DNA of 64,000 bases from Dipteris shenzhenensis. Taxonomy: Eukaryota. Of the stretch, positions 36,316 through 50,700 are shown in pieces. Numbering within the stretch: position 1 is the first letter of the stretch; each line of letters opens with the position of its first letter. The position numbers were made by a program, and so were the translations under genes. The notes under the pieces are model-generated. The model was not told where the DNA came from, ran no database searches, and was given only the letters and a program-made list of their open reading frames with translations. Location: assembly GCA_047967505.1 (NCBI GenBank), contig CM106538.1; one strand, given 5' to 3'.

Positions 36316-39300
36316 ATGGCATCCTCTTCCATGTCTAAAAAGGAGTTTTTCAGCATTAAAAAGTTTGATGGGACAAACTTTTCTTTGTGGAAAGAATAGA
36401 TAAGGGATGTGCTTATTCAAAAGAAGCAGATAAAACCCTTGCAAGGGATTGCAGCTAAGCCTGCAGCTATGTCCACAGATGAATGGAATGAGTTGGATGC
36501 ATTGGCAAAGTCTACCATTAGACTTCATCTTGGGGAGACAGTTTATTTCACAATAATCACTGAAAAGACTACCGAAGCTTTATGGAAAAAGCTATGTGCT
36601 ACATATGAGAAAGAGACTGCCTCAAAGAAAGTCTATCTCATGAAGAGATTGTTTAAGCTGCACATGAAGGAGGGAGTATCCATAGCTTTGCACTTGAATG
36701 AATTTAATATCATTTTCAGTCAAGCTTCAAGCTCAAAAGCTGAATTTCGATGTGGAAATGAGGCCAATATTTCTCTTATGCTCATTACCATTTTCATGGG
36801 ATACTTTCCGTACTGCTATCAGTACTCTGCACTTGGTGGAGTATTGAACTTTGATGATGTGGTTGGTAGCTTGTTGGCCAAGGAGATTAGACGGAAGTCA
36901 ATGGAAGGCAACAAGCAAGATGCAGCTTTAAATGTGCAAAGGGGCAGATCATAGTCCAGGGGGAAGTTTCAAGAAAGAGGGAAGTCCTTTAGCAAGTCAA
37001 GGCACAGAACATCGAGTGTCACTATTGTGGCAAGAAGGGCCATATGAAAAAGGATTGCTATAAGCTTAAAAGAGAGCAAAAGGATAAGAAAAAGAATGCA
37101 AATTGGGGTGCAAATAAGAAGAAAGAGAGTCCAAGGGAGGATAAAGGAAAAGTGAAGATCGAGGAGATCAATGCAGTCACACATGATACTGACAATGACA
37201 TTCTCTTCATGTCTAGTTTATCTGCAGAGTTGCTTACCACTTCAGATGATGCATATTCCCAGGATTGGATTTTGGATTCTGGTGCTTCATTCCATGTTAC
37301 TCCCCATAGGGAATGGTTCTCCACTTATGACAGTGGAAAGACAGGTTGTGTGCATCTTGGAAATGACTATGCATGTGACATAGTGGGAGTAGGTGACATA
37401 AAGTTTTCTTTTGCAAATGTCTGCATTTATTTTGAAAAATGTGAGACATGTGCCTAAGCTGACCAAGAGTCTCATTTCAACGGGTCAGCTAAATGATGTT
37501 AGTTTTCAGACCATCTTTGGTTCTAGGAGTTGGAAAATTCAGAAGGGCTCTATGCTTTTGGCCAAGGGTGGCAAGTGTGGGACTTTCTATCCCTTGCATG
37601 TATAAGGGGTGTTTGATCATGTTGTTGCAATAACCGAGCAGCCAAGCACTTCTTTATGGCATTGCCGGTTGGGCCATATGAGCCAAAATGGGATGAAACT
37701 CTTATGCCGTTTGGGTTATGTACCGCTTGTGAGCACTGTCACTATGGGAAGCAGACTAAATCAGCCCATAAAAGAAGGGAAAAGAAAGAGTTTGAAAAGC
37801 TTGATTTGGTGCATTCAGACGTATGTGGTCCCATGCCTACACGGTCATTAGGCGGGGCTGAATACTATGTGACATTCATTGATGATGCAACTAGGAAAGT
37901 GTGGGCTTATGCTATAGCTCAGAAGAGTGATGTGTTCCAGGTATTTCAAAAATGGTTGGCCTTGGTTGAGAATCAATTAGATAGAATGCTTAAATGCCTA
38001 TGGACTGACAATGGTGGAGAGTATCTCTCTCATAACTTTCAGCATTTCTGTGATACACGTGGGATTAAGAGGGAGGTCACATCCCCTCATACTCCAAAGC
38101 AAAATCCAGTTGCAGAAAAGATGAACCATACCATTCAAGAAAGGTTGCAATGCATGCTTTCCAATGCAAGTCTTTATGGTGGTTTTTGGGCTGAGGCAAT
38201 GAAGACTACAGTGCACATGATCAATAGATCACCTAGTAAGAGTTTGGATGGTGGTATTCCTGAAGAGGCATGGAGTGGCAAGAAGCCCTCTTACTCTCAT
38301 TTGCATATATTTGGGTGTGAGGCATATGCACATGTGCCAAAAGAGCTTCGAAAGAAGCTAGATCCTAAGTCTAGGAAATGCATCTTTATGGGTTATGGTG
38401 AAAGTGGGGAGATGGGCTATCATCTCTAGGATCCAGAAGCAGCAAAGATCATATGCAGCCATGATGTAGCCTTCAATGAGAGGAAGATGCATAAGGCACC
38501 CATGAGGGATGTGGAAATGAGGAGAATCACTTTCCAGGACATGAATCCACCTGCATATGTTGATAGACAGCAAGCTGTCCATGCACCAAATGTGCAAGAA
38601 ATGGTACCACCAGGTACTCCCACAGGTATACAATCAAGGTAGATGATGGATCATCTATTGGTGGAAATGATGAGCCAAATGTGGCTGATATGCAGGTGGG
38701 ATAGCAAGCTGAAATGCCCTTGAGAAGATCATTTAGAGTGTCTAGACTAACAAAACATTTGTGCCTCAGGATCTATGGAGCACTCTAAGGTGGATGGAAC
38801 CTATATGGAAACATGATGAAGAGAGTGCTCATGACATGTACCTCAAGTCAATTAGGTTCCAAGATAGATTAGCTTGGACTCATAAAGAGAATCTTGAGAT
38901 AGTGCATAGTGCTTGATTGATATTACTTCAAATGAACCTCCCTTTTATAGGTGAGGGTACTTACATCCATTTTGCTTACTCACATGTGGGATATCTCCTC
39001 CATGCCATGTGGCAGCTTTCCCTTTACTCATACCTTTGCTCTACAAGTGCTCATGGCACCACAACTCTCAACACCTCCCCTTGGTACCATGATCCTTTGG
39101 CTACTGCAAGGTGGTCAGATGTGAGTTACATTCCATCAGCTCCCCTTAGTGCTTGCATTGCTACTTAAGGTGGTAAAGTGTGGTTTACATGTCAATACCT
39201 CCCCTGGGTGCTTTCATAGCTACTCTCAGGTGGTCAAGTTTGATTTACAAAATATAGGCAAGGTTGGCAAGGTTTTGGTTTCTCAATACATTCCATTGAT

Positions 39301-42300
39301 GTCGCCTTTTGGCTCATGGCTTTTGATGACGATGCTATGTAGTTGACCTATTGGTTCTTCAATCTGCAATCTTCTTCCTTGTGTAGCTTCATGCATGATG
39401 CTTTCTTCTTCCATGTGCCTTGATGCTTTATGTGTGGATGCCATGCTTTTTGCTATGGTCATCTCATGCACTTGAGCTTTTGGCATGCTTATGACAATGA
39501 TGTGTGCATTCATGCTTTGATTTTCCATTTGTTGCAAAGGTCTTACCAATTGATTTCTTTCAATATTGGCAGTGTCTAATTGCGTACAATGATTCTAACT
39601 TGACAGGTGCGTAGAGCTCAAAAAGACAATCACTTTTCCTTTTTGGAGCGTGTGCAAATTTTTCCTGGATTGCAAGTTACGCCTTGTCGAAGTTTTTGTG
39701 AAGAAGAGGGCCTTTGATGATGTGGCACAAGGATTCACATGTTGAATTTCATACTGTGCTTAGCAAGAGGCTCTGTGTGCTTAGGTGGTACTATGGTGAT
39801 GTGGCACTTTTAACTAACCCCATAACCTAACCATGGCCCAAGTAACTGAACCTAACCCCACTTATTGAACCACACCTAACTGTGGTTAAGTTTTATATTT
39901 GCCACGTGTCTAACATTTAGAACATTAGAGAGACTTTGAGAAAAGATTTGAGCAGAACGTTTGCGATGGAGCGAAGAGACGGTGTCGTGGTGGTGAAGAA
40001 GGCGGTGGCTGGTTGTTTACGCTGCTGAGGTGTCGTGAAGAGGTGGAGTCGTCCATCGATCAGGTCATCTGTTGGCACGGCTGCTTAGTTGCAATCGTTG
40101 GAGCCTTTGCATGGGTGCTGGAGTCCGCGTTGGCACGATGAAGGCTTGGAGTCATTGCAATCGCACCGCACTGAGAGCTTACAGTAGAAGGCGTCGTTTG
40201 ATGGGTGTGCAGGAGCTTGGAAGACTTTTTGGCAGCCCGGTACTGTTTGGAGGCTAGCTGTGTGCAAGGCGCTGGACTTGCCCGTTTACAGAGTTTAGGC
40301 GCTGGCTTGTCGAGACAGTTTGTAGAGATAGCTATTGGGCTAGCTAATGGGTTGGCTAATGCGACTCATTCGGATCGTGCTGAGTGTGCTGAGCAAGAGG
40401 TCGTGTGCGTGCGGGGCACTGGCTCGCTGAAGGAGCGGAGCATCTGTCGGCTGGTGTTAGATAGGACTTTGCTGAAGGGAGCTGGTTGTCGATGGAGTCA
40501 TTGGTGACTAGGTCTTGTGAGCTGCCTTGTGCAGGGAAGTGCTTGAGATGCGTTGTGGAGTCGCTAGAGTTGTTGAAGAGGCTACTGGCTGGTGAGCAGT
40601 CTAGCCGAGTCAAGGGAGCTTTGGGCTATGCTGTTGGAGAGCAATCGTGTTGGAGCAGAAGCCGAATCTATGGCCTAGAGAGCTGTGGCTTTTGGAGCCT
40701 TATGAAGTCTACCGTGGAGCATGGATGAGGCTTCACTTCAGAGGTCATCGCTGCTCGTTGTTGAGGCTTTGTCTATGCAAGGCTAGCTTGAGTTGTAGAG
40801 TCCATATCTTTCTCTCAGACTGAATACCTCTCTCTTAGAAGAGGATATGAGAGCAAAATCTCTCTCTCAATGAAAAGCGCACAAAGAACTCTCTCTTTCT
40901 CTCTCACTGAAGATTATGAAGGAATCGCTCTCAGAATGGGAAGACGGAAATTCCATAAGAACTCTCCTTCTAAAACTAAAACTAACCTAGGAGAAAAACA
41001 TGAGCTCCTAAGACATGCCTACAACTAATCTAGGAGACTAGACCTAAGCTCTGATACCATGACAAAACATTTGTGCCTCAGGATCTATGGAGCACTCTAA
41101 GGTGGATGGAACCTATGTGGAAACATGATGAAGAGAGTGCTCATGACATGTACCTCAAGTCAATTAGGTTCCAAGATAGATTAGCTTGGACTCATAAAGA
41201 GAATCTTGAGATAGTGCATAGTGCTTGATTGATATTACTTCAAATGAACCTCCCTTTTATAGGTGAGGGTACTTACATCCATTTTGCTTACTCACATGTG
41301 GGATATCTCCTCCATGCCATGTGGCAGCTTTCCCTTTACTCATACCTTTGCTCTACAAGTGCTCATGGCACCACAACTCTCAACATAGACCGCCTGATAG
41401 GTTTGTTCCAGGGGTAGACTATGTGATGCTTACTGATTGCAAGGAGCCTTCTTGCTACAGAGAGGCTATGATGTGCGAGGATCAATGCAAGTGGAAGTAT
41501 GCTATGCAATCAGAGATGAGTTCACTTATGAAGAATAAGACTTGGGACTTGGTTTCTTTGCCACATGGAAAGAAATTGCCATGTGAATGGGTCTACAAGA
41601 TGAAGGTCACAGGTGATGATGTGCCTAGGTACAATGCCCGTTTGGTCGCTAAAGGATTCAAGCAAGAGAAGGGTGTGGACTTTGATGAGATATTCTCTCC
41701 GCTTGTGAAGATGACCACACTTAGATGCATGCTTGGCCTAGTGGCAGCAGAGGATATGGAGCTTATGCAGATGGATGTCAAGACAGCTTTCTTGCATGGG
41801 GATCTGCATGAGGAAATTTACATGGTGCAGCCGGAAGGCTTTGAAGAAAAGGGCAAAGAGCATTTTAGTTTGCAAGCTAAAGAAGAGTCTCTATGGTCTT
41901 AAGCAAGTGCCTAGAGAATGGTATCAGAAGTTTGATGCTTTCATTCGGTCCCAGGGTTTTAGAAGGAGTGAAATTGATCACTGCCTCTACACTAAAAGGG
42001 CTAAGGTTAATAGCCTGATACTCTTGGCACTATATGTGGATGATATGCTATTGGCTAGCAAGAATTAAAGGCCAAGTTGCATGAGGCCTTTGATATGAAG
42101 GATTTGGGACTTGCAGGTCATATTCTTGGTATGCGCATCACGCGTGATCGGAGTAGGAAACTCCTTTGGCTTTCATAGAAGGAGTATATTACAAAAGTAT
42201 TGCAGCGTTTCAATATGGAGGGGGGGAACGTAGTGAGTACTCCATTGCCTCCATATGTGAAACTGAGTCATACAGATAGTCCCAAATCAGATGAGGAGAG

Positions 42301-43225
42301 GGCCATGATGGCCAAGGTTCCTTATGCATCAGCGGTTGGGAGTCTTATGTATGCCATGATAGCTAGTAGACCAGACATTGCATTTGCAATGGGAGTTGTT
42401 AGCCGGTATATGGCTAATCCAGGAAAGAGGCATTGGGAGGCAGTTAAGTGCATCATGAGGTACATGAAGGGTACCAAGGAGATGTGCATTTTCTTTGGTA
42501 GAGGAGACATGTGTGTACTTGGGTACACAGATTCAGACTATACAGGGCATATGGATAGTAGGAGATCCACTTCTAGTTATGTGTTCACCTTTGCAGGTGG
42601 TGCAATGTCGTGGATGTCTCACGCACAGAAGTGCATTGCTTTGTCTACCATAGAGGCTGAGTATGTTGCAGCCACAGAGGGTTGTAAGGAGGCTATATGG
42701 CTTGATCGGCTAGTGGGAGATTTGGGGATTCATACAGGTGTATCGACATTGCATAGTGATTCCATGAGTGCTATTCAACTAGCACGGAATCCGGTCTTTC
42801 ATGCAAATACCACACACATTGAGGTCAGGTACCATTTAATTAGGGAGGTACTTGAGGACAAGCACATAGAGCTTGCCATGGTTCATACAGATGATAACCC
42901 TGCAAATATGCTGACGAAGAGTCTACCTAGTTAGCGGTTTGAGTATTGTCATGTATTGATGGGCATTGGATAGTATGCTCACTAGTTGTTCTCCCTTGCA
43001 GGCACATTGTCCTTTAAGTGGGAGGTTGTGGGGATTAAAGGTCACTGTGCCTTTACCTTGGTTATGTACAATACTCAAACACATATATAAATGAATGAAA
43101 AAGAAGATTAGGGTGTTCTACACCCACCAAAAACTTGTGTGACTCTTTGTTTCTCTCTCTCCCTCTTCCGTTCTGCTTCCGTTGAGAGCACTCTCACTAT
43201 GGTGATTGGAGACCAAGCCCTCACA
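36316..43225 (+). mobile_element. Degenerate Ty1/copia (Tnt1/Tork-like) gag-pol with PPT and 3' LTR; 5' LTR not found
   Basis: gag 'KFDGTNFSLWK', knuckle 'CHYCGKKGHMKKDC', protease 'WILDSGASFHVTP', 'SLWHCRLGHMS', integrase 'LVHSDVCGP...FIDDATRKVW...TDNGGEY', RT 'MDVKTAFLHG...YVDDML', RNase H 'GYTDSDY...HIEVRYH'. PPT AAGTGGGAGG, then LTR TGTGGGG...CCCTCACA (43027-43225). Confidence 0.92.
38748..41385 (-). mobile_element. Young complete non-autonomous LTR retrotransposon (2,638 bp) nested in the copia IN-RT linker
   Basis: 326-bp LTRs at 38748-39073 and 41060-41385 differ at only 2 positions that I could see. PBS 41048-41059, PPT 39074-39082, TSD TAGAC on both sides. Removing it restores host 'RRSFRVSRPPDRFVPG'. 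Confidence 0.95.
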
Positions 43226-43329
43226 AATCTAATGACAATAAATTGTGAAAAAACAGGAGGAACACAAAACGACCAACCAACACGGTTGTTGATAGTGCAA
43301 TGGCCAACCAACAAGCAAAGGATGATCTG

Positions 43330-43640
43330 GCCCACATGATTGCTTTATTAAGTAATGCAAAGATAATATGATTAAGGACCAAGCCTATATGAAACTCTAT
43401 GCAGATCAAAATTGAAGAGAACTCTGTTTTGAGGAGGGAGTTATGTGTTTTCCAAGCTCCATAAGTATAGATCTGCTTCTCTGAAGGGAAACACTAATAC
43501 CACGCTAGCACATAGATATTATGGCCCTTATAAAATGTTAAGGAGAGTTGGTGAAGTGGCTTACCAGTTGGAACTGCCTCCATTTTCCATAATTCATAAT
43601 CCATTCCATGTCTCACCCTTGAAGAAGCACTTGGAACCTT
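43330..43640 (+). mobile_element. Ty3/gypsy integrase C-terminal relic
   Basis: '[41 protein letters not shown]'. Confidence 0.8.
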
Positions 43641-45569
43641 TTGAGCAAGCACTTTGGGCGAGGACAGATTCACCACATTCCAGAGACAACCATTGGTTTT
43701 AGGGATCATATACCTTCCGATACTTTTTTTTTTTTTGGGAATTTTTTTTTGGGGTTTATATTATGATCATATGATTTGTACACATAAGTTCCTCAAATAC
43801 AAAAGTTCCCTCTCAAGAGAGGAATATACAAACTTCAGCATTGTACTTTTTGCAAACATTGTGCCCCCTACTCTAATGGCAAGGATCTACCCTACTATCT
43901 TGAAATACTCATTCCTGCTCTAGGGTTTAGAAGAACTAGTCGAGGACTCTCTAACCAGGCTGAACGACTTAGCCACAATTAGGGCTAGTTATGTTTCAAA
44001 GACAACCCTCAGTGAACCATCCCCTCCGTGCTACCTCACCGGCCGTCTTCTTCCACTCACTTCTTGCTTGCCTTAGCTCCTTTCCTGCTTATGTATACCT
44101 TTCTAAGACTAGAATATATCCCATCATACAAATATATCCAATCAGCTCCTTTCCTACTTAAGATATGTCCAGCCCATTCGTGGGCCTCAATTCTTTTTCT
44201 AGCTATCCTCGGCCCATTTCTTGTTTTGCCACCTCCTCCCTTTTCCTACCATTGCCCCTAAGTTTTTCCCTCTTGTAGCCTATGGGAAAATGAAGAGTAT
44301 ATCACACTACCTATTGGGATGCCAGGCTGCAGCCTAGGGGGGATCTAACAGTGCTACTTCAAGATTATTGCACGGATGAGGCGGATTCAACAGGATTTGA
44401 CATAGCGTTGCTGGAAGGGCAGCACAACTTCTCCATCCACATGATCTCTCAAACATATCTAGTGAATGTGGAGAGCCCCAAGCAATGACATCCAAGACTC
44501 AAATGCAACCTTCCAATAGCATCCAAAGTTGTCGCCACAGGACAACATTTGGGAACAGTGGCCAACATCAATCCTTGAAACATTTGGGCGGCAAGATGCA
44601 TCTTACTTATGGCGGGCAACAAGTTTGCACTACAACTAATTTCATCAACATATGGTATGCTATTATCCATACCTTTTGTGCCATGTGGGGATTAGATTTG
44701 GAGGGTTCCAAGACAATTGCCGAGAGGCATGAACATTTTTGCAAGGCTTGGGCCATAGGACAACTTGCCCTTTTTCAGTGCCTCACAGATAGCTGACTCT
44801 TTGTCTTGTATTTTTTCACAATTAATAGATCGTTCCTTTCTATCGGACGCCTCGGGTCTTCTGTGCACTGCAACATAGAGCAAACTTGGGGTTGTTGGCT
44901 CAGTCATGGTGGTAGATCATTAGAGCCCTTACCTCCGCTGCAACAACGATTCGTGATTTGCATTGTCAAGAATTTATCCTTTTCAATTTACATCTCCAAC
45001 TGTCTCTTCTTAGATGAAGCAAAACGGTAGTTTTCTTTAGCTCAGCCATGAGAAGACTGTAAAACAAGAATATTTCAGCTTCCCTTCTTCATCCTTGCAG
45101 CTTGACTCCCTTCGTCATGAATAATCCTCCACACTTCACCATGATTTATCTATGGTTCTATTCTTCACTCGTTGTGAGAATCCCAGCACTTAGGCTTATG
45201 CATATATTTCATGGGTGAAATTATCTCCGAATCCCAACTTCATGCTTGGGCTTAAGAAGTTGCTATTCTGACTCCGTTTCATTTTTCTTGGTATGACTTG
45301 CCCAATACATTTGGACAAGGTCAACATCCACTTATATGTGTAGAGCCTAAAGGTGACTGGTCTGTATGTTTCAACCATGTGTATTGATTTTTAGTGGCCA
45401 TGCTTCTTACTTTCACACACACACACACACTTCCCCTAGGGGATCCTTGCAGTCTAGGGATGTGTCTGTAAATTGACACCCACTTAGACTTCCCTTGAGG
45501 ACCATTGGCACTTGATCAACGTTTTGGTGACCCTTGATATTATTATTGACATTTGATAAACATACATAC

Positions 45570-47700
45570 ACTCCTCCCCTTGGGGACCCCTGTGATCCTA
45601 GGGTGTGCATGTTGGGTCTACATGACAGATGTACTATGGCTCCCCACATTGGTATGGGAGACGACCCTCTTGGACTTGATTGAAATCTCCAACTTTATGA
45701 CATGACCGTGATTATTACGTGTTACTATAGGACTTGAAGTTCCTCGAAAATATTACGGATTGGGGGACAATGAGTTACGCATTGTTGCAAATTCTTCGGT
45801 TGGACACAAAATGGTTACCACCTTCTAACTATAACACTTTGATGGTCGTGCCATAGAAGACCTTAGTTGAAGCAATGACTCCATGGAGTGATCATGAGAA
45901 ATAGTTACTTAGATGAACATGGAATGTTTTTCCCCCCGTAAGGTGATTGACGGATATGGGCTAGTGGACATGGTTATCACATGCCTGACTACTGGTACAT
46001 TAAGAAGTCACAAATAGGAATCATAAATGAGTAGGACCAATAAGGAGAATGGTGGTGGGAAACACACACCACAAGTAACCTTATTGGAAAGGCACACCCT
46101 TTAATTATAAGTGCTCTACATAGGGTAAGTAACCCTATTGGAGATTATTGAAAAATGTGGCATCTCCACATATCATACGGAGGTAGCTCACTATCCAATA
46201 GCTTAATGACTTGCAGGAAAACTTGGGTGAATTGACTTTCTTGGGAAGTACATCTTCCCTTCCCTTCCAACATTGGGGAGTGTGCAAAGCCCACAATAAT
46301 TGCAAAACTCCAGAATCTCTTGTAGTGAACACACTTGCAGCCCAAAGTTTGAGTCCGGCAGCTTTTCTAGCCCTTCTATTATGTGAAAAAGAGCATCAAA
46401 AGAAAGATGACTATATACTCTACTGTGAGTCGTATCACATGGCAACATACTAGCTAGAGCAACCGAAGATGTTGAGAACTGGAGCAGTGGAGCTACCTAA
46501 GGTAAGTCGCCACTTGAAGCTCTTCTTCTACTAAGTATTTTGAGTTCTTACTACTCTGTAGCCAAGTTTGACGGGCTCACTATTTTGAGTCCCATTGGTT
46601 GTGAAAGACAACTCCTCTCATGAATCACAACCCACAGTTTTTCACCGAAGCAGTCCACTGTGATTCCACTGCATTCCTGACTATTTCTGCCTTGTATTTC
46701 TTCTGATCTCACAAATTTAACACGAGTGTGGACTTAGCATAGTTTATACTGCATATGTTGTATCTCTTCTAGCTCACGAGTTTCGTCAAGTCAACCCAAC
46801 GAGAATGGTCACTAGCTCATCAGCTTTGGTGTCGCGTGATTTATCTTCTCATTTATACCTTTTTATGATTTGGTATGGTATTGTCTCCCACCACGTTGAT
46901 TTTTACAAGTGAGTTCTCATGGACGTTCATGGTTCCCAGAGAGGCCTGTACACAGTAGAGGTTGCATGATTAGCTAGAGTTTTCACACTCTAGAACGACA
47001 GCGCAAATGACAGCGTAGCTTTGTTCAAAAGCATTTTAGCTTGCGTAGCTTTAATCCATGACTCTGATCATGGGATCTCCATGGATAATAGAGGCCTAGC
47101 CTTACACTTCTCATTGCTTTTCCTGAGCAATTTTGCCCCAGTAGCCCAGGCACTATAATACTGGGACAATTGCAGTATGAGTACAGGAGCTAGCAAGCTT
47201 CATATATGTGCTAAGGATCCCCACAGAGGCTTTGACCGGTACATAGAGCTACATTCGTCAAGCTTAGCGCTCACAAACTCTGTGTAATTTTTGGTTTCAT
47301 TGAGAGTAGCCAATTTTCATGCAGATTAATGACCAGTAGAGCTAGATTGATGGCCAATGCAGGATCCGGTTATAATACACTACCTCCATTGCTTACTTGT
47401 GATCGATTTCCCACTTTACATGATGATATATTCATACCATACACTATTATATTGCACTGACAAATGACGATAGATGCTGGCTACCATGGTGCAGTAATTA
47501 GTAGTATTCCCTGTGTAAATATCATGAAGAAATAAGAGAAGGAAAAAACTCTATGTCCCAGTCTCTAGACGCGAGCCACTTGCTGCACTAGACTTTGTCT
47601 CACCTATGGACAGACCAACAATCGATACACCATCTGGAATGCTATATCCAAGCTTATCGACTTCCATTGTGAGCTTATGTCCATATGAGATATGGAATTG
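45570..47700 (-). mobile_element. Very decayed gypsy-like pol with PPT
   Basis: Faint 'LAPVLIL' and integrase-like 'FTQVFLQVIKL...MICGDATF'. Minus-strand AGGGGAGGAG is followed by TG at 45570. Confidence 0.35.
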
Positions 47701-50700
47701 ATACAAAATCGATGGATTATTGGCATTATGGTCCCCACTCCATCTATGAGATTTATAGGAAAAGATATTACATGTGGCATGGATGGATGATTTTTTAATA
47801 AATTATTGTCTATATTATTTTAAGTACCCTTAGGAAGAAAGGAAAAAGGACTTGAATTGGATGGGACCTCTGATAATTATTTGTTGTTCATGGGAATACT
47901 TTTGTTACATGGGATAATTAAGGTACTCCCTTTGGATTTAGTGGAAGGGTCTGCTTTAAATATTATGTTTGCTCGTAATTTATCTCTTAGAATTTTCCTT
48001 GGATCAAACAACTTTGTGCCAAGGGAATATCTCTAATTTTTCAGGCAAATTCATTATAGCCCATTCATGGCATGGCTTGGAGTAAAACCTTGTACCATGG
48101 GAGAGTCCTTGGTTGATATTTCTATCACTAAGGGAGTATCCTTCTACCTTTTTTGCTATCTATTGTTTGAAATTTTATTACTATATTCTATGATCATTGG
48201 ATTGGATTAGTCCTTGGTTTATTTAAAGATCCCTAATGCTTGGTTGATTGGTGACTTGAATTGCATTATAGTAGCAGGGTCCTGACACAACCATCTTTAT
48301 GTACTTAGAGCACATGGGTAATATTTTACCCTTAGGATGGTATTGGGTTACACTTTACACTTTATACTTTGATATGTTACACTTTACACTTTATACTTTG
48401 ATAAATGGAAAAGGCCATCATTTGTCATGAGTCGGTAACTTACCACCAGTAGTGTTTTTTACATGGGGTTGCATTTCTTGAGAACTTCTCCTAATGTGAC
48501 TGGGGAGAGAATTACCATCAAAGTATTCTTTTATATTATTAGTTATATTATGGAGAGATCTCCTATCTATTGAATTAAGAAACATTCATGGTGTAATTAT
48601 CAATAGAAGTCAAGATTTTAGCATGATCTTAGATATGAAATGGTGAAAAAGCCATGTAGCATGGAGTCTGTCCTCAATATTGACATTCTCAAGGACCTTA
48701 TCACATTTTGATGTGTGCATAAATGTAATTGTGATATTGATAATTGGAAAGTGCCAATAGGAGATCGAGGAAAGGTATAAGTATATTGAGGTTATATTTG
48801 GATTTATTGACCTTGGGAATTCCCTTGGACTTGGCTGGAATACCCAAACTTATGGTTTACTTGAGATTCCCACTTATTAATTAGATTTCACTAACATTTT
48901 ATATGCATTTATTCATATCTTTAATTGCCACCTCTGATTACTATTAAATAGTATAATGCCAAGATTTGATTATGCTAATCTAGATTGAGTGACACGGATA
49001 ACAACTGTGTGCTGGCATTGAAGCCTGCAGTCCCATAATTCATAGTGTGCATGTTCTAACGTGCTATGTTCGCGGATGGATGCAGGTGAGTCAGCATACC
49101 TCTCCATCAGGTTTGCATTAGAAAATCTAAGGCATGTAGACACGGTGTTGGCAACTTCAAGGAGCACTCTACATCAGATTTTCTTCAAGTATTGCTAAAT
49201 GTAATTGAACTCTCTATTGGAGACTATTCATCAGTATCATTGTACTCTTTGCAATGTACTGACATATATGTGAGTATAATAATTGACTCCCACTTTGACA
49301 CCTTGTTAAGAGGAATGCTATGATATGGATTATTCTCGCTTATGTGGTACTGAGAGGTTGGTTATTAACTGACTACTCTCACTAGTTGTTTGAAAAGGGC
49401 AATAGTAGATGTTTGAAATTGATTTACTTTGATATTCTAGTAGTATAGTAGGATAGATGTTTGATAGGTCAAAACACACACACACACACACATCCTCCCA
49501 TAGTAGGATGTGCCGACTTATACCCATGGTTTGGATGGGATAATAGTACTACCCTATAATTTGGAAGGAATTGCCCCAACCCATTTCTCCTTTATTTTAG
49601 GGGACACCAACATACCTAATGTTGCCCTCTTTGTAGCTAGTTGATCTAAGCTGTGCACCTCTTTCACTTTCTATAGGCCATTTCTCAGGTTAGAGAGCAT
49701 TGCCTCTTGGGCGTGCATCTCTCGAGGTGTTGTTAGGGTTGTTACTCTATGAACTTTAGGGTGCATGCTAAAGCTTGTGAAGACTCGAGATTGGTAATCA
49801 CTTGAATGACCTGATGTTGCTGCCTCGAATGCTCCCACCAATCGTGACACCACAGCTCATGTTCTTTGCTCCGATGGCAATGATCGAATGTGTGCATCTG
49901 CAACCACTTCTTGCTGTTGCTTTGCAAGGAGTCTTCTTTGTTCTCATTGTTTCTCCCTTCGCAGATGTTGCAAAAGTGTCTTCCGTTGCCGATTTGATAC
50001 TGTGCCAATGCTTTCCTCGACCCACACTCTGTTCCTTATGCCTCGACCTAGTTTTTCGGCTTTCCTGTCTCACAGCCTCTGTCTACTTCTCTTGCAAGCC
50101 ATGGCGAGCTGCATGTTGCCATTGACGCCATGGCCATGATCGGTCCAGAATAGACCCAGAGAAGCTAGCTGGTGAGGCGAGCAAAGAATAGAAGACAGCT
50201 TACCCGAAAGAAGACAATGGCAAACCAAAGTCCGTGCAAGGTCACGTCAAGGTGCGTGCGGGTTGCAAGGCATTTGCAGGGCGGGGGAGGTTGCAGGTAC
50301 TTAATCTTCCAAGATTTGATGGGTGAGAGGTGTGAAAATTCAAAATTTGTGGGAGTAGAAAATTTTCAGCCGCCGATTTTTCCCCCTCCGACGATATATG
50401 TTAGCAGAATTGGATATCCCAAACAAGTGCAATGTGGCCTAAAATGCTTCAAAACACAAATAGGCCAAAGGCCACACTATCGAGTTTGATGCTGTGTATT
50501 ATTAAATGCAATGAACTTTGGCATGCTTATGAGCCATATAGCAAGCAAGTGCATGGAAAAAGAAACAATTTAAAATTGTAAATAGTGTTGGATTTATTAA
50601 AATGTATTTGCACATTCACAAATTGCACTTTTCCAACTTCTTCCATTTTAGGGTGAATCTAGATAACAATACCAACAACTATCAATGTTTTAAGACCACC

